Shown here: piece after piece, positions 17,979-38,143 of the stretch | Layout of the letters: every line of letters begins with the position of its first letter | Position numbering within the stretch: the stretch's first letter is position 1 | Assembly: GCF_009914755.1 (NCBI RefSeq) | Contig: NC_060928.1 | Length of the DNA: 64,000 nucleotides | Strand: one strand, 5' to 3' | Source: the human T2T-CHM13v2.0 reference genome, Homo sapiens | The notes under the pieces: generated by a model | Told to the model about the DNA's origin: nothing | Seen by the model: the letters and a program-made list of their open reading frames with translations, nothing else | Database searches by the model: none | Translations under genes and position numbers: made by a program

Positions 17979-19651
<1,673 letters not shown>

Positions 19652-20696
19652 GGTGCAGGGAGGGATCTGTGTGGGGAGACTCCCTGCAGAAGGTGTGATT
19701 CTCCAGGAAGGAGGGAAAGTGAGAAGCTGGTGCCTCCTCAGCGTTCTGTCTCCTGCAAGCACTTCACAAGCTTGTGTCTGCTTCTTTCCCTTTGGCTCCA
19801 GAAGCAGCTCCAGGGGGAGGCAGGTCCCAGGGCACTGGCTGATCCCGTGACCCTGGATCCTCCTTTACTCAAATTCAAGCTACGCTCTTTTGTCGTGTTT
19901 CTCAGGAAGGGCCACAATTACAAGAGGTGATGGGAACTAATGACCATGTAAAATACTCCAGACTGTGAGACTTTCAACAGAACAGTAAGGCAGTTTCTTC
20001 AACTACAAAAGGAGAAAAAAGAATAAGATACTAAAGCACTGAAGAGCATGTATATCAATGAAAATAACTGCCTAATAATTTTCCTTACTTCTACATAAAC
20101 ACTTCTAAAAATAAAGTCCATTGAACTAGAAGAAATCTCATAAGTATTCACTAGTTATGATTTCTGATAATGATATTATGAGCTTAATATTTAAAAGAGG
20201 CTCTATATTTTAGACATTCATAGTGCAGTATTTACCCATAAGATTATATGTGATCCTGTGTTTGCTTCAAAGTATTGCAAAGTATAGGGATAAGGATATA
20301 AATCTGTAAGTGGATACACAGGGTTTGTTGTACTAATTTTGCTACTATTCTATACACTTTAGATGTTCTCAAGTAGAAAACATTATTGAAAAGGCTGACA
20401 GCCTGGACAACATGGTGACATGCTATCTCTATGAAAATAATGCAAAAAGTAGCCAGGCATAGTGGCACACACCTGTGGTCCAAGCTACTGGGGAGGCTCT
20501 GGTAGGAGGATCAATTGACCCTGTGAGGTTGAGGCAGAAATGAGCAGTTCGTGTGCCACTGGACTCTAGCCTAGGCAACAGAGCAAGATTCTGTCTAAAA
20601 TGAAATGAAATGAAATAAAAAGCTGAGCCTTATTGTCTCTGTGTCACTGTCTTCAAGCCAGACCCTCTTCTCTCTTACTCTCTTTTCTGAGCCTCA

Positions 20697-20852
<156 letters not shown>

Positions 20853-20947
20853 CTACTAAAAATACAAAAATTAGCTGGACATGGTGGTGGGCGCCTGTAA
20901 TCCCATCTACTTGGGAGGCTGAAGCAGGAGGATCGCTTGAACCCAGG

Positions 20948-23840
<2,893 letters not shown>

Positions 23841-26339
23841 AGTTATCAGAAGTGTTTTGATGGTGACACAAAAGGGTATACAGGATGCTATGGGAGGATG
23901 GAGAAGTGATAGAAGAGTCAACAACTTTGGATGAATTACCCATTCTAGGACTCACTTTCTTCTGCTTTGTATAGGAGGCAATTATCACTACTTCTCAGTT
24001 CTAATGCATAGGTTCCATTGAATGTTTAGGTGAAGTAGTGCATGAATCATGGTTAATAATGAAGTAATGCTAGCTGTTCTCTAGGAACAAACCAGAGGGC
24101 CAAGTATATTGTGGGAAACAACCTAGAAGACTGGATGCCCTACAGGTGGTTCAGAACATCCATTTCATTTATAGTACTTCCTGTAGAAGATTTTCCTTAA
24201 ATTTGGTAATCCATTTTAAAGTAGCCTGAAGTATATATAGTGATATAGGACAAAAACGAATGGCGGGCAGCTGTAGAATATGCAAGTAGCTTCTATTTGT
24301 AGGTTAACAAGGAGTGTTCTATACATAACCCCTACTCATATAAATGCCCGGCGGGGTGGGGGAGGGGTTGTATATGCCTAGACCATTTGGGAACATTTAC
24401 AAGAAGCCATTGAGAGCAATTATCATTTGGAAGGCAAATAGATGACAGCAAGGCACTGTGTAACTATTTTGCCAAGTAGGGTGTTCTCTCCTATACAGCA
24501 CACATATTTACTCTTTAAAATATTTCCATCAAATCCTTCTGCAGTGTATGTGTTTGTGCTCCTGACAAAAGAATATTCGTATTCTCTCCTTTTAGTAAAT
24601 GGAGTCCCATGAAGAGGAGGCCACGCCATCATTGCATTGCTTTTCTCTCTTTCCTCTGCACTGCAGCTTCCTGCCGCTGAGGAGGGTACCATATCCCTGT
24701 GTGCCAGGCTTTCCGTCAGAGTCCATAGACAGCTAGCACTCGAAGAATATGTGAGCAAATATCTGTCAGTGAATGGGATGACAGGCAGACACTGTGTATA
24801 TTAATACAAAGATCCTAACTCAGATGGGGTCTGACTTGGACATTGTCCCCATGCAGATAGTAGCTGAAACCATTTGCTATGGATGACATTGCCAAGGATC
24901 TCACAAACTGCCAGAGTCACCAGGGAGATTTCTTTTAACTATAACCCAGGTACCGCACAGGAAACGTCTGAATCATCCCACCTAGGGAAGCCTACTCTAC
25001 AGCTGCCCGGCACTGCCCAGACATAGCGCCTCCACTCTCCACACTCCTACAAAGCCCCCACCTACAGAATGAGCAGATAGCATATAAATGTCTCTGCCAG
25101 CAGTTTGTCTGCTATGTCTGAGCCTGTGGAGGCTGAAAATGCTGGAATGAGTTTGGGAATCCAGAAAACAAAGAGGCAAGGACCGACTCTGGAAGCACTT
25201 CCTTCAAGGGACAAAGAGAATTAAAACTGCCTGAGAAGGAAAAGGCCAACGTTAGCCAACAAATCCTACATCTGCCTGCCTGAGAAAAACAAGACGAAAA
25301 TATTTCCAATATTCAATTAACCCAGGACCAAATCACTGATTAAGTTAGAGGAGTTTCAATGGACTACTGAGAGACAAGGAAATCCAATCTTCCACTTTTA
25401 GTCTCCTCACGTTCTCCTCACTCACCACATCTCCCAGGCTGAAAATGCAATCAGAGAAGAAGGTGGGAAATGTTCATCAGAGCCGGTCGTTGGCCAGACG
25501 CTAATTGCATCCAGAGTCTGTCCAATAAGGGAACAGAAAGGAAACTCTCCACAGGCTTATAAGCTCTGAAGGCGCCAGATTCAGAACTCTCGGGTGGATG
25601 GAGAGGCTGTGCTGTGTTGCTGTTCTGACCTGGACCAAGACGGACACGACTGACCTGCAAGACAGGAGCAGCCATTCTTAGTTGGCAGTGGTGCTGAGAG
25701 AATCACCCCAACATCTGGAAATTTAAGGGCTGCTCCTGAATACTCACAGAGTCTGGACCCAAGTGGGGATTTGATATCAGGAAAGCGCCCCTCCGACCAC
25801 AGGTGCAGGTGAGCAGAGACTCGGGGAAGGAGCAGGCGCCGTGGGCCACGTTATGCGTTGGGGAAGACCTCGGAGGCTCAGGCTGCGCATGGAGCAATCC
25901 TGCGAGGACTTCTCCTCACAGTCCATGAGGACAAAAATGGGTGGAATAGGAGGCTACATTGGACACCCTGGACAAAATGGCGACACTCCGACACACCAGG
26001 GTGGAATAGGAGGCTATATTGAGGAAGTGCTTAGGAAATTCACTTTGCAGAGACCTAGCCAGTGGAGTAGATAAGGTAGGCGAGGTCAGAGGAGGATGCA
26101 ATAGTTGAGAGCGAGGGGGAAGGACCAGTTGTGCTTGTGGTCAGCGACCCCAAAATATTAGAACTTGAAACCATAATGCCTGGCCTTGCTCTTGCCACTA
26201 ATTTAGTTCGTCTGAACTTGGGAGATTTGTGTGGCCATAGAGGAGTCAGGCCTGGAAGCCAGATGGAGTTGGAGTAGAAAAAGAATGTGGGGGAGATTTG
26301 TGTGAAGTGTGAAGAAGAAAGAGGAGGACACAAGGGATT

Positions 26340-26640
<301 letters not shown>

Positions 26641-27740
26641 CACAAGGGATTTTAGAGTTTCTAGATATAGCAGAAGTGAAAGATGAGGTTCAAAAATGAG
26701 AGTAAGAGAGAAGCTGGTCTGGCTTGGGGACAATGACAGAGAGACAATAAGACTCAGCTTTTTGTTTTATTTTATTTTATTTTATTTCATTCTATTTTAG
26801 ACAGGATCATGCTCTGTTGTCAAGGCTAGAGTCCAGTGGCACACTAACCGCTCACTGCAGCCTCAACCTCACGGTCTCAATTGATCCTCCTACCAGAGCC
26901 TCCCTAGTAGCTTGGACTACAGGTGTGTGCCACTATGCCTGGCTAATTTTTTTTTTTTTCATAGACATGGAGTGTCGCCATTTTGTCCAGGCTATCAGCC
27001 TTTTCAATATCGTTTTCTACTGGAGAACATCTAAAGTATATAAAATAGTAGCAAAATTAGTGCAACAAACACTGTGTATCCACTTATAAATTTATATCCC
27101 AATCCCTATACTTTGCAATAGTTTGAAGCAAACCCAGGATCACATATAATCTTATGGGTAAATACTGTACTACGAGTGTCTGAAATATAGAGCCTCTTTC
27201 AAATATTAAGCTCATAATATCATTATCAGAAATCATAACTAGTGAATACTTACGAGATTGCCTCTATCTCAATGGACTTTATTTTTAGAAGTGTTTATAT
27301 AGAAATAAGGAAAATTATTAGGTAGTTATTTTCATTGATATACATGCTCTTCAGTGCTTTAGTATCTTATTCTTTTTTCTCCTTTTGAAGTTGAAGAAAA
27401 CTGCTTTATTGTTCTGTTGAAAGTCTCAGTTGGGAGTATTTTACATGGTCATTAGTTTCCATCACCTCTTGTAATTGTGGCCCTTGCTGAGAAAGACAAA
27501 GAAAGAGTCCAGCTTGAATTTGAGTAAAGGAGGATCTGGTGCCAAGGGGTCGGCAGGTGCCCTGTGACCTGCCTCCCCCTGGAGCTGCTTCTAGAGCCAA
27601 AGGGAAAGAAGCAGACACAGGCTTGTGAAGTGCTTGCAGGAGACAGAACGCTGAGGAGGCACCAGCTTCTCACTTTCCCTCCTTCCTGGAGAATCACACC
27701 TTCTGCAGGGAGTCTCCCCACACAGATCCCTCCCTGCACC

Positions 27741-29100
<1,360 letters not shown>

Positions 29101-30599
29101 GCTAATGATGAACTACTTAGAGCACCCTTTGTATGTGGCTATCTTTTCTTCCTGTGTTCTTAGAGGGCATTTGTAAATAAAGCTTCTTATTCTATGTGTA
29201 TGTTTGACTGCTGGTATTTTTGGGGGGACTCACTCTTCTCTCTTCCCTTCTGCCCACCCTGGGCAAGCTGATGAGAAAGCCTTGGGTGCTCCCTCTGTTG
29301 GTGCAGGTGGGAAGTTCAGACCTAGCAAGCCCCTGGTAGTGAAGGACCCTCTCAGTAGCCCCACCCATGACCACCATCACAACCCCAAACCTGTCTCCTT
29401 TCCCTGCTTTCTCAAGTCATTTTTGGACCAACTGTGTAGACACCCTGCTCTCCCCATAAACGTCATTACATGAGTAAGAATCCATTTCACACAATCTTGG
29501 AGGTGTGGCATTAGCATTAGCAGTCTCAACACTGAACCAAATTGTATGCAAACTGACCCCTACAATGGGCATTGTGAGCAGGATTATCCAGATGTTGGCT
29601 GCCACCTTCAGGGAATTGCTGTTTTAGCTTTGCTTTGCTCACTGGCTCTGTGCCCCATGACAAGCCTGAACTTTCAGCTCAGCTGCTTTGTGCTGCTTTT
29701 ATTGAGTTCGGCTGAGGCTCTTTGAGAGATTTCTCTGACCTAGGTCAGTAATTTAGATAATATTTTGGTATTTAAGAACAGGAATATGGACTCAGATCCC
29801 TTTTAATGTCTCCCTGAGTCATGCATCTCAGTCCAGACATATTGCTGTGTCTTTTATAATTTAAAAAACAAATTCTGTGTGTATACTTTCACTGATATGT
29901 TTACAGAAAAGTTATTTATCTATTGAAACTTCTTCACAAGCTGTTACAATCGGTATTGTCATGGACAATAATCACGTTAAATGATTATTATGTATTGTCA
30001 AAGCATAATCACATTAAAAGGAACAACCCATAAAGTGTATTGCATGTCTACAAAAAAAGAATAAAAAATAATGGACATGAAAGTCAGAGAAATCAGGAAT
30101 AAAGAGAAAGAAAGATAAAACCAAACTATAGATTCAAGGAGAGGATCAAAAAAAAAAAAAAAAAAACTGGAACAGAAGTTCCTAATTTGCAATTTCCAGT
30201 TGAATATGCAAAATTTATCAAAAGAATCTGCACAACACAGAAGATTTAATGGTGCTGGTTGACTTTTCCTTCTCTATAACTTGGATGGTGATTGAACCTC
30301 AGCATCTGTTGAAATGAATCAGTTGGAAAACTCATAGATGTAATCCTTTGCCTCTAATTAGTTAACCAGGGATCCCTCTGATTTTAAATGATGAAGCCTC
30401 TATTACCTTAGTGATGTTACTGAACATAAAATGGAGATAAAAGAGGTATCCCTTAACTATGAGAATCACTGGTTTCCCTAAATTTTCCATGATCAGAGCA
30501 CACACTGGGATGATATATCAAAGAGAAAAAAAGAGATAGGATAAGTAATAAATGCAATTACATTAAGTCTTCTGAATTTTCAAACTAGCTTTACAAAAT

Positions 30600-32000
30600 G
30601 GGATCCAAAGGATGTTCCTGACCCCAGTGAAAAAAAGATAATATGACTAAATATTAGCTAAAATAGGATACTCAAGAATTGAAACCCATGATACAAGACC
30701 TAGGAGTGATTATCTCACTGTTTCTGGGTTCAACCCCAATTTTGTGTGTTGTTACACTTTGAAACAAGTATGACATCTCAGAGTGAATTGATAACAGCTT
30801 TAATCGGATGATCTCTCCCAATGTTATTGACATGATTTACTCCATCCAATCAGCAAGTGGTAAATATCTGGCTACTAAAGATTTGGCTAGTTTTTTTCAG
30901 GCCTATTTCTACAGCTTCCTGGCCATGCTTTCCCTTTACCTCAAAGGAATTTTATGCATCTCTACCCACTAATCGTGGGCACCTCAGCAGTCTTGCCTTT
31001 GCACACAGACCTTGTAGGGAAGATTCCAACTTCATTCAACTTCTTCCAGAACAGCAGGTATGATTTACATGGATGACATTCTCCTCCATGGTGATCCGTT
31101 TGAAACACTCATTCAAGCCATGAAAATACTCACAAAAGAGTTTACACAAAGGGAATGGGTCATTTCCCCCATACAGTGCAAGCCTCTTATTCGATTAATT
31201 GCCTGAAAATTATTTGGTAAACTGAAAGCAACTCCATCTCTGACACTGTGGAGAAACAGCTATAAAACCTTTCAATGCCCACAATGTGAAAACAAGCCCA
31301 GTATCTTTAACACTTTTTGGATTCTGGAGGAAACAGACTCATCATTTATAAATTTTGCTTAAGGTCACTTATGCTGTTACTTCCAAATCCACCCATCTTT
31401 AATGGGGCCCCCTCCACGAAAGGCCTACAGACTCTAAATTGTAGTACATTAAGCTCTCACAGGCACTGAGCCTCTAACTCTTCATACTCAGTTGCTCAGC
31501 ATGCCTTGGATTCTAGAAGCAGCACCCTGCTAGTTCAGCACAGGTATAGGAGGAATCCTTGTTACATCATAGAGCCAGACGCAGGCCCTCTGCCATATTT
31601 CATCCACAGGAAGGGGTAGCCTGCCTACCTTGTCCTTAGTCCCTGCCACATGCCACTGGGTTTAGGAGATGGCTCCTCTCTTAGGTCCTTTGGCTACCTG
31701 AGAGACCTCCCCCTCACACCTCCGGGATCAAATGATAAACAGCAGTGGGGGTTTATACACTGTAAGGATGGCATAACCATTGCCATGCATGATGAGCTCA
31801 GTAGGGATTTACTACTTTTCATTTATTAATCAGGACATTCTTAACAAGCAAAAGGACTCCAAGGTCAGTCAATGGATGGAACTTCAGGCCATCTTCTCAG
31901 AATTGGAGCCCCTGACCAATGATCAGCCCAATATGCAGTTTTACTAACTATGGAGCCATAGCCTTGGAGTTACCTGCTTCAGAGTAAAGAATTCTTGCCT
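30600..32000 (+). mobile_element. Ancient ERV-L-like pol remnant (RT and RNase H)
   Basis: YMDDILL at 31066-31086, a DLA..FF.PIS..FPFT-like stretch upstream, RNase H-like SQWMELQAI ~31868. Partial inverted copy at 13720-14100. Confidence 0.7.
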
Positions 32001-33604
32001 CACAAATATCCAAAATCTAACTCAAGGTCACACATTTCTCTATATACACTAAGGCCACAATACGAAACCTCAACAGGATCTGGAACTCCTTTGGAGTTCC
32101 AGACATTACTGAGAGGGACCAAAGACTCATTTCACTTCCCAGAATATGCAATGCTGGGGTCCTGAAGAAGGCATTCAATGGAATTGTAACTTCCCTTACT
32201 AGATTAAGCTGTCAGCTTCATTAAGCACCATAAAGGCTTACTCAAACAAGTTCAAATTCAATGAAATGAAACATGGTGCATCTAATCAACAGTTAAACAT
32301 CAGGGTGTGGGGGAATCCTACAAAATAGTTCAAATCCATTTTTACAGTTTTTCACCCTTGATAACTTTTAATCGTCACTCCTCCATTTTTTTCTTTGGCC
32401 GCACATTTGGGCAACCTGCCAAGAAAGCCCAGGTGCTCCCTCCTTCAGGGCAGGAAAGAGATTCAAACCAGGCAACTTTCATTGTGAATGAGTGATCCCT
32501 CACCCTGCCCACACCTTAACCTGAAGAAAAACACCAAGCCCGTCTTCTTTCTCTGCTCTCACAGTCCATTTACAGACCACCTACAGGCCTGTGCTGCTCT
32601 CCTTCAACACCCCAGCATGTGAGAAACAAACCTGTTCCTATCCTTCTAGTGTGTGTGTGGGTGTGTGGCATAATCAGTCTTTATATCTGGACTAAATTTG
32701 ATGGGTGTTCAATTTTTCCCATGTGGGGTTGACACAACAATAATTAGGATGCTGTATGATCTCAGTTTAATTATTGGGATATTATGGAAAAGTCCCAACA
32801 TGCAGAAAGAGAGACATAATTGTACAATAGATCACCCCAACCCCCATAGATCCATTACACAATTTCAATAATTATTATGGTCAATTTTATTTTATCAAGA
32901 TCATGCTCTACCTTCCCCAAATCATTTTAATGCAGTATTCATACATCATATCATTTTATCTATATCTTAAAATAAATCACTAAAAGAACGATTTTAAAAG
33001 TGTAAGTGCAGTATAGGTATCACATTTAATATTTAAATATAGTTTCATTCCCTCTCTGGGTGGTCCACCCTCCCCGCACCTCAAGGTGTTCACAAATCTC
33101 AAAGCTCCTCATATTACTTTCTTCAAGAATTTGTATAAAGTTTATTTTCCAGGTCCCCCCACCATCCTACTGAAAGTTCTAATCACTTGGTCTTCTGTGA
33201 GTAGCCCTATCCTGAGGCTACCCTGGGGCCCCAACCCAACCCACCTCATTAGCATAAATCCAGTTGATCCAAAGGGGCTCATTATGAATAACAAAAGACT
33301 GGCTGGGAGCCATGGCTGTAATGCCAGCACTTTGGGAGGTCAAGAAAGGAGGATAAGGCCAGGAGTTCCAAACTAGCCTGGCCTACATAGTGAGACACCG
33401 TTTCTTCAAAAAGAATAATTTTTAAAAATTAGCTGGGCATGGTGATGTGTGCCTGCAGTCCTAGCTATTTGGAAGGTTGAGGCTGGAGGATTGCTTGAGC
33501 CCAGGAGTTCCAGGTTACAGTGAACCATGACTGCATCACTGCACAACAGGGTGACAGAGCAACATCCTGTGTCCAAAAAAAAGTGAAACAAAAAAACCCA
33601 GCAC

Positions 33605-33720
33605 TTGCCCTTATGCTCCACTCAGTGCATGATGTGTTACTTCCGCAGCTCCCACCCCATCACAACCATTCTGCAGGTCCCTACCCCTGTCCCCTTCACC
33701 AACCCAGGACCCTGCAGGAG
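33605..33720 (+). pseudogene. 5' fragment of the IER3 retrocopy in the right arm
   Basis: atgtgttacttccgcagctcccacccc...attctgcaggtccctacccctgtccccttcacc, ATG 33632; matches 13130-13205. Confidence 0.8.
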
Positions 33721-34638
33721 CAATCAGAGAACAAGAGAGAACTGCCCTCTGGGACCTGTCACTTCCCCCATGCTGACTGCATAAGGAAAAAAAAACTCCC
33801 TACAGGGTTTAAGACTGAATTCGTTCTGAGGTCACCATTTTGGTGAACAAGAAGTAGGGACTGTGTTGCGTCTTCTGACCTGGATCGACGAAGAAACAGC
33901 TCTGCAAGGATGGAAAAAGCTGACAATCCCCAGTGAACTGCTGACAAGTGAATACAGGTAGGCTCCGCACCCTACACTAACCCTCTACTGGGAGCAGAAT
34001 ATCTGAGTGAGGATTGCACCAGGAGGCACAGGTGAGCTACACTCAGTAAAGGGCGTGCAGCCTTTGGCTGGACCTAAGCTGGGGAAAGTAGCCACATAGG
34101 AAGGAACCTTGGGGAGTTCGTGCATTTTATTTTTTAACCATCAGTTTTGTATTATTAGAAAGATAAACATTCCAATATACATCTAAAATTATATATATTG
34201 ATTATAATTCAATATGTTCTTGTATTAATTAGCATATTTATATGTACATATTATACAGAAATACATATAATTACATACCTTACAAATGTAATTAAAATTT
34301 TATTATGGTATAGGAACATATACATACCCTACACATGGTTGGCAGCATGGCTATAATCCCAGCACTTTGGGAGGTCAAGGCAGGAAGATCGCTTGAGGTC
34401 AGGAGTTCCAGACCAGCCTGGGCAACCATCTCTACAAAAAATAAAATATAAATATGCTGTTTTATATTTACTTAAAATTTTATTGGCCCAGCACAGTGGC
34501 TCATGCCTGTAATCCCAGCACTTTGGGAGGCCAAGGCAGGCAGATCACAAGGTCAAGAGATCGAGACCATCTGGCCAACATGATGAAACCCTGTCTCTAC
34601 TAGAAATACAGAAGTTAGCTGGGCATGGTGGAGGGCAC

Positions 34639-34825
<187 letters not shown>

Positions 34826-35723
34826 CTATTTGGTTCACTCTTTACTCTGACATCGTATATGAGACAGTTCTTTTGTATGTTGTATGACAATCACAGATTT
34901 GGACTTCTCATAAGGGGCCTCATGCTGGTTTGCCCTAATTACATCTAATTATGTCTGAACTGTTCTGCATAATCAGCATATCTACCATTAAACAGTCAAC
35001 AGAAGAATCAGAAACACAAACCATTCTTGGAATATATTGAGTTCTGTGCCACACCAAATCCTATGTTTTAAAAAATTTTTTCCAGGCTGAGCTCAATGGC
35101 TCAAGACTGCAACCCGAGTAGTGTGGGAGGCCCAGGCAGGAAGATTGCTTGAGGTCAAGAGTTTGAGGCTACAGTGAGCTACGAACTTGCCACTGCAGTC
35201 CAGCCTGGGTGACTAAGAGAGATTCAGTCTCAAAAAAAAAAAAAAAAAAAAAACAAGTTTTCCAGAAGATATGTCTTTATTGGTGTTTATATTTACAGAA
35301 AACTTAAAGGGAAATTGAGGTTGATTTTCCTTGTCTTCATGTGACCACAAAAGGATGAAGAGAGGATATCAGGGACCAGCCCCAGATGACTCAGGTAATC
35401 TGAGACCAGGCCTGGGATCCACACACAAGACACACACACCCAGATGGAAGCACAATGCCTAGTCTCGCTCTTTCCTCAATCCCGATTTAAACTAATTTGG
35501 CAGTTTTATGAGATTAAAGAGGGTGTAGACAGGAAATTGGTAGAGGATGGAAAATCGATTAAGATTAGGGACAACTGTGAGGAGGAAGACAAAGGAGACA
35601 GAATCTGAGAGCCCTGAGGCGGACTGAAAACGGGGAGGCGGCTCAAAGAAAAGAGTAAGAGAAATGAGCTTTTCTGGAACGAGGCATTGATAACGCTGAA
35701 ACATGATTAGCCTTTTGAAATAA

Positions 35724-36089
<366 letters not shown>

Positions 36090-36499
36090 TGAAGAACGTA
36101 CACATAAAAAGAAACCAATTTCTATCATTTGAATTAACAATCTTTATAACCCCAGCAACTTCTCCTGCCAATGGAGTAAATTCCCAGACATCTTATAATT
36201 TCATCTGTATATTTCATCTTATAATTTCATTATTTATTCCCTAAAAGACAATATCTCAATTATCATAGTGTTACTGTAACTTTTAATAAGCTGTTCAGTG
36301 GGAATTATAACCATATTTTTCTCCAACCAGTTATAAATAAGATTCAATAAATTAAAACAGCAACTGGAATTCTCTTCTGTTAAGGCGGGGCAGGGAGAGC
36401 CCTCAGTCTGGCACAGGTAGGGTTGGGTGGCAGAAGAGCAAAGCAAACAGCTGAGGTTCCTTCAGAATGCAACTTTCTCACAGAACACAAGGCTCTCAA

Positions 36500-37020
36500 G
36501 GGGCTTCAGCACCCCAAGCACTGCAGCGTTTCTCCCAGGAGGCTGGGCGAGTCCGTAGCGGAAGTCGGAGCGGCAGAGCAGTGATTGGGTGCGGCCGGCA
36601 CCGTCTCTGGGCTTCGACTTCCGGGTGAGACCGTGAAGGTGTGGCGCGACGTTGGAGACCGGGGCAGCGCCATGTACCACAGTGGATGGAAGGATGCGCG
36701 GTGCGGCGGGGCAGCTGTCCTCTTCTCCCCGGACCCAGCGCCTGGAGAGCCAGCCCTGCAGGGTGGGCTGGGCGAGCCAAACTGCGTTCCTGGTGCAGGG
36801 CTTCGGGTCTCCCTAACAGACCTTATACGCTGACCGGCGGCCGCCATGGCAGTGTCTCTTTGCTCAGACATCCAGGGACGACCACATTCGTCCAACAGCG
36901 GTCGCTCCACCAATCCTGGGAGAAGCGAATCGTTTTCTCCGCGTGCCCTGTCAGCCGCTCATGGTGCCCAGAGAGGAATTTTAGTGGCAGCATTCCGGCT
37001 GTCACGCCACCGAAATTGCC
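36500..37020. promoter_or_regulatory. CpG island / FAM218A promoter region
   Basis: High CpG density, ETS-like cggaagt and cttccgg, inverted CCAAT (gattgg ~36583). Confidence 0.75.
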
Positions 37021-37159
37021 AGGCCACTCCAAGTCAGAAGGACCACCAGGAAAAGTCAGGAAGAGAACCACCATCAGGTCCCAGCCTCTTTTTGTGACAA
37101 GGACTAGAGGGTTTGGGTCTGCAGTGGGCTGGCTCCCGCTGGGCTCACCTGTCCTATAG
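36686..37159 (+). CDS. FAM218A: FAM218A 157-aa ORF (coding status doubtful)
   Basis: MEGCAVRRGSCPLLPGPSAW...GWLPLGSPVL; single exon, antisense within a TRIM61 intron; recognised from memory. Confidence 0.7.
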   Translation: MEGCAVRRGSCPLLPGPSAWRASPAGWAGRAKLRSWCRASGLPNRPYTLTGGRHGSVSLLRHPGTTTFVQQRSLHQSWEKRIVFSACPVSRSWCPERNFSGSIPAVTPPKLPGHSKSEGPPGKVRKRTTIRSQPLFVTRTRGFGSAVGWLPLGSPVL

Positions 37160-38143
37160 AGCAGGCTGCCTCAAGGAAGAAGCTCACAGGGGACATCTGA
37201 CATCTGAAACAGCAAGTGTAAAATGCTTTAAATAAGCCAAAACTAAACCAATCGTTATGTTAACTAAAAATACATGAATGCTACCGAAGATAGTCGAATA
37301 TTAGAGGAAGAGATTAAACTCTGATTTTGAGCACTTTGTGCTTTATTCGGAAAATGAATAAGATGCAGTTCTGAAAACCTGAAAATATAAAGAATAGGAT
37401 ATGATACGCACACTAGATGAAAACAAAACTTTCAGACCATATTTTCTTATTTAAAGCTCTAATAAGTGAGATAGCAGAGTAAACTATTCACTCAAATAAT
37501 TAGTAACTGATATAAGGGTATGTATCAATAACAGGTATTAAGACAAAAACTTTATGAGCTTTTCCATTTTAACAAGGGATGATGATTCTAGACTTCTGCC
37601 ACAACATTATGGTCGACAAAACATTCTTAATTCATTTTACATAGATCTGACTCTAGATTCTGAAACAGCAAGTCATAATCTTGTATCTCTAAAGATAGAA
37701 TACAGTGCGATTTGGAAAGACACCACAAAAACTCATGATCCAAAAAAGATTAAGGCTGTTATTACCAGGAGGAAGAGAAAGAGGACAAAATCAAACTGGA
37801 TAGATATAATAGAGTTGTTTGTTAGAATTGTCTTCCCAGGAGATGGAAAAAGACGCCATCACAATAGGATTCATGCTTTAGTTTTCAGCTATAGAAATGT
37901 AATAACTTTGCCAAAGTAATTACACTACATAGAGTGGCAATCGTTCTATTAAAAGTAAGACCCAGTAATGTTAGGATTTGTTCTGGACAATGAAGGGGAT
38001 GAGGTTTAATCTTATGACTTGAATGCCAGGTCTGAAATCTTTTCTTCAAGTGATATTTTTATGAAACTACTTAGGCTGTGTTTCACACTGGGTATGATTT
38101 CTAACCTCTTATAACCTGTACAGTAATAGATTATGAAGGATGA
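36846..38143 (+). pseudogene. Decayed TRIM60/61/75-family gene underlying FAM218A
   Basis: gccgccATGG at 36846; SWEK..CPVSRSWCPERNF; ATEIARPLQVRRTTRKSQEE; DLTLDSETASHNLV; terminal PLITCTVIDYEG*; AATAAA 38255. Confidence 0.88.
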
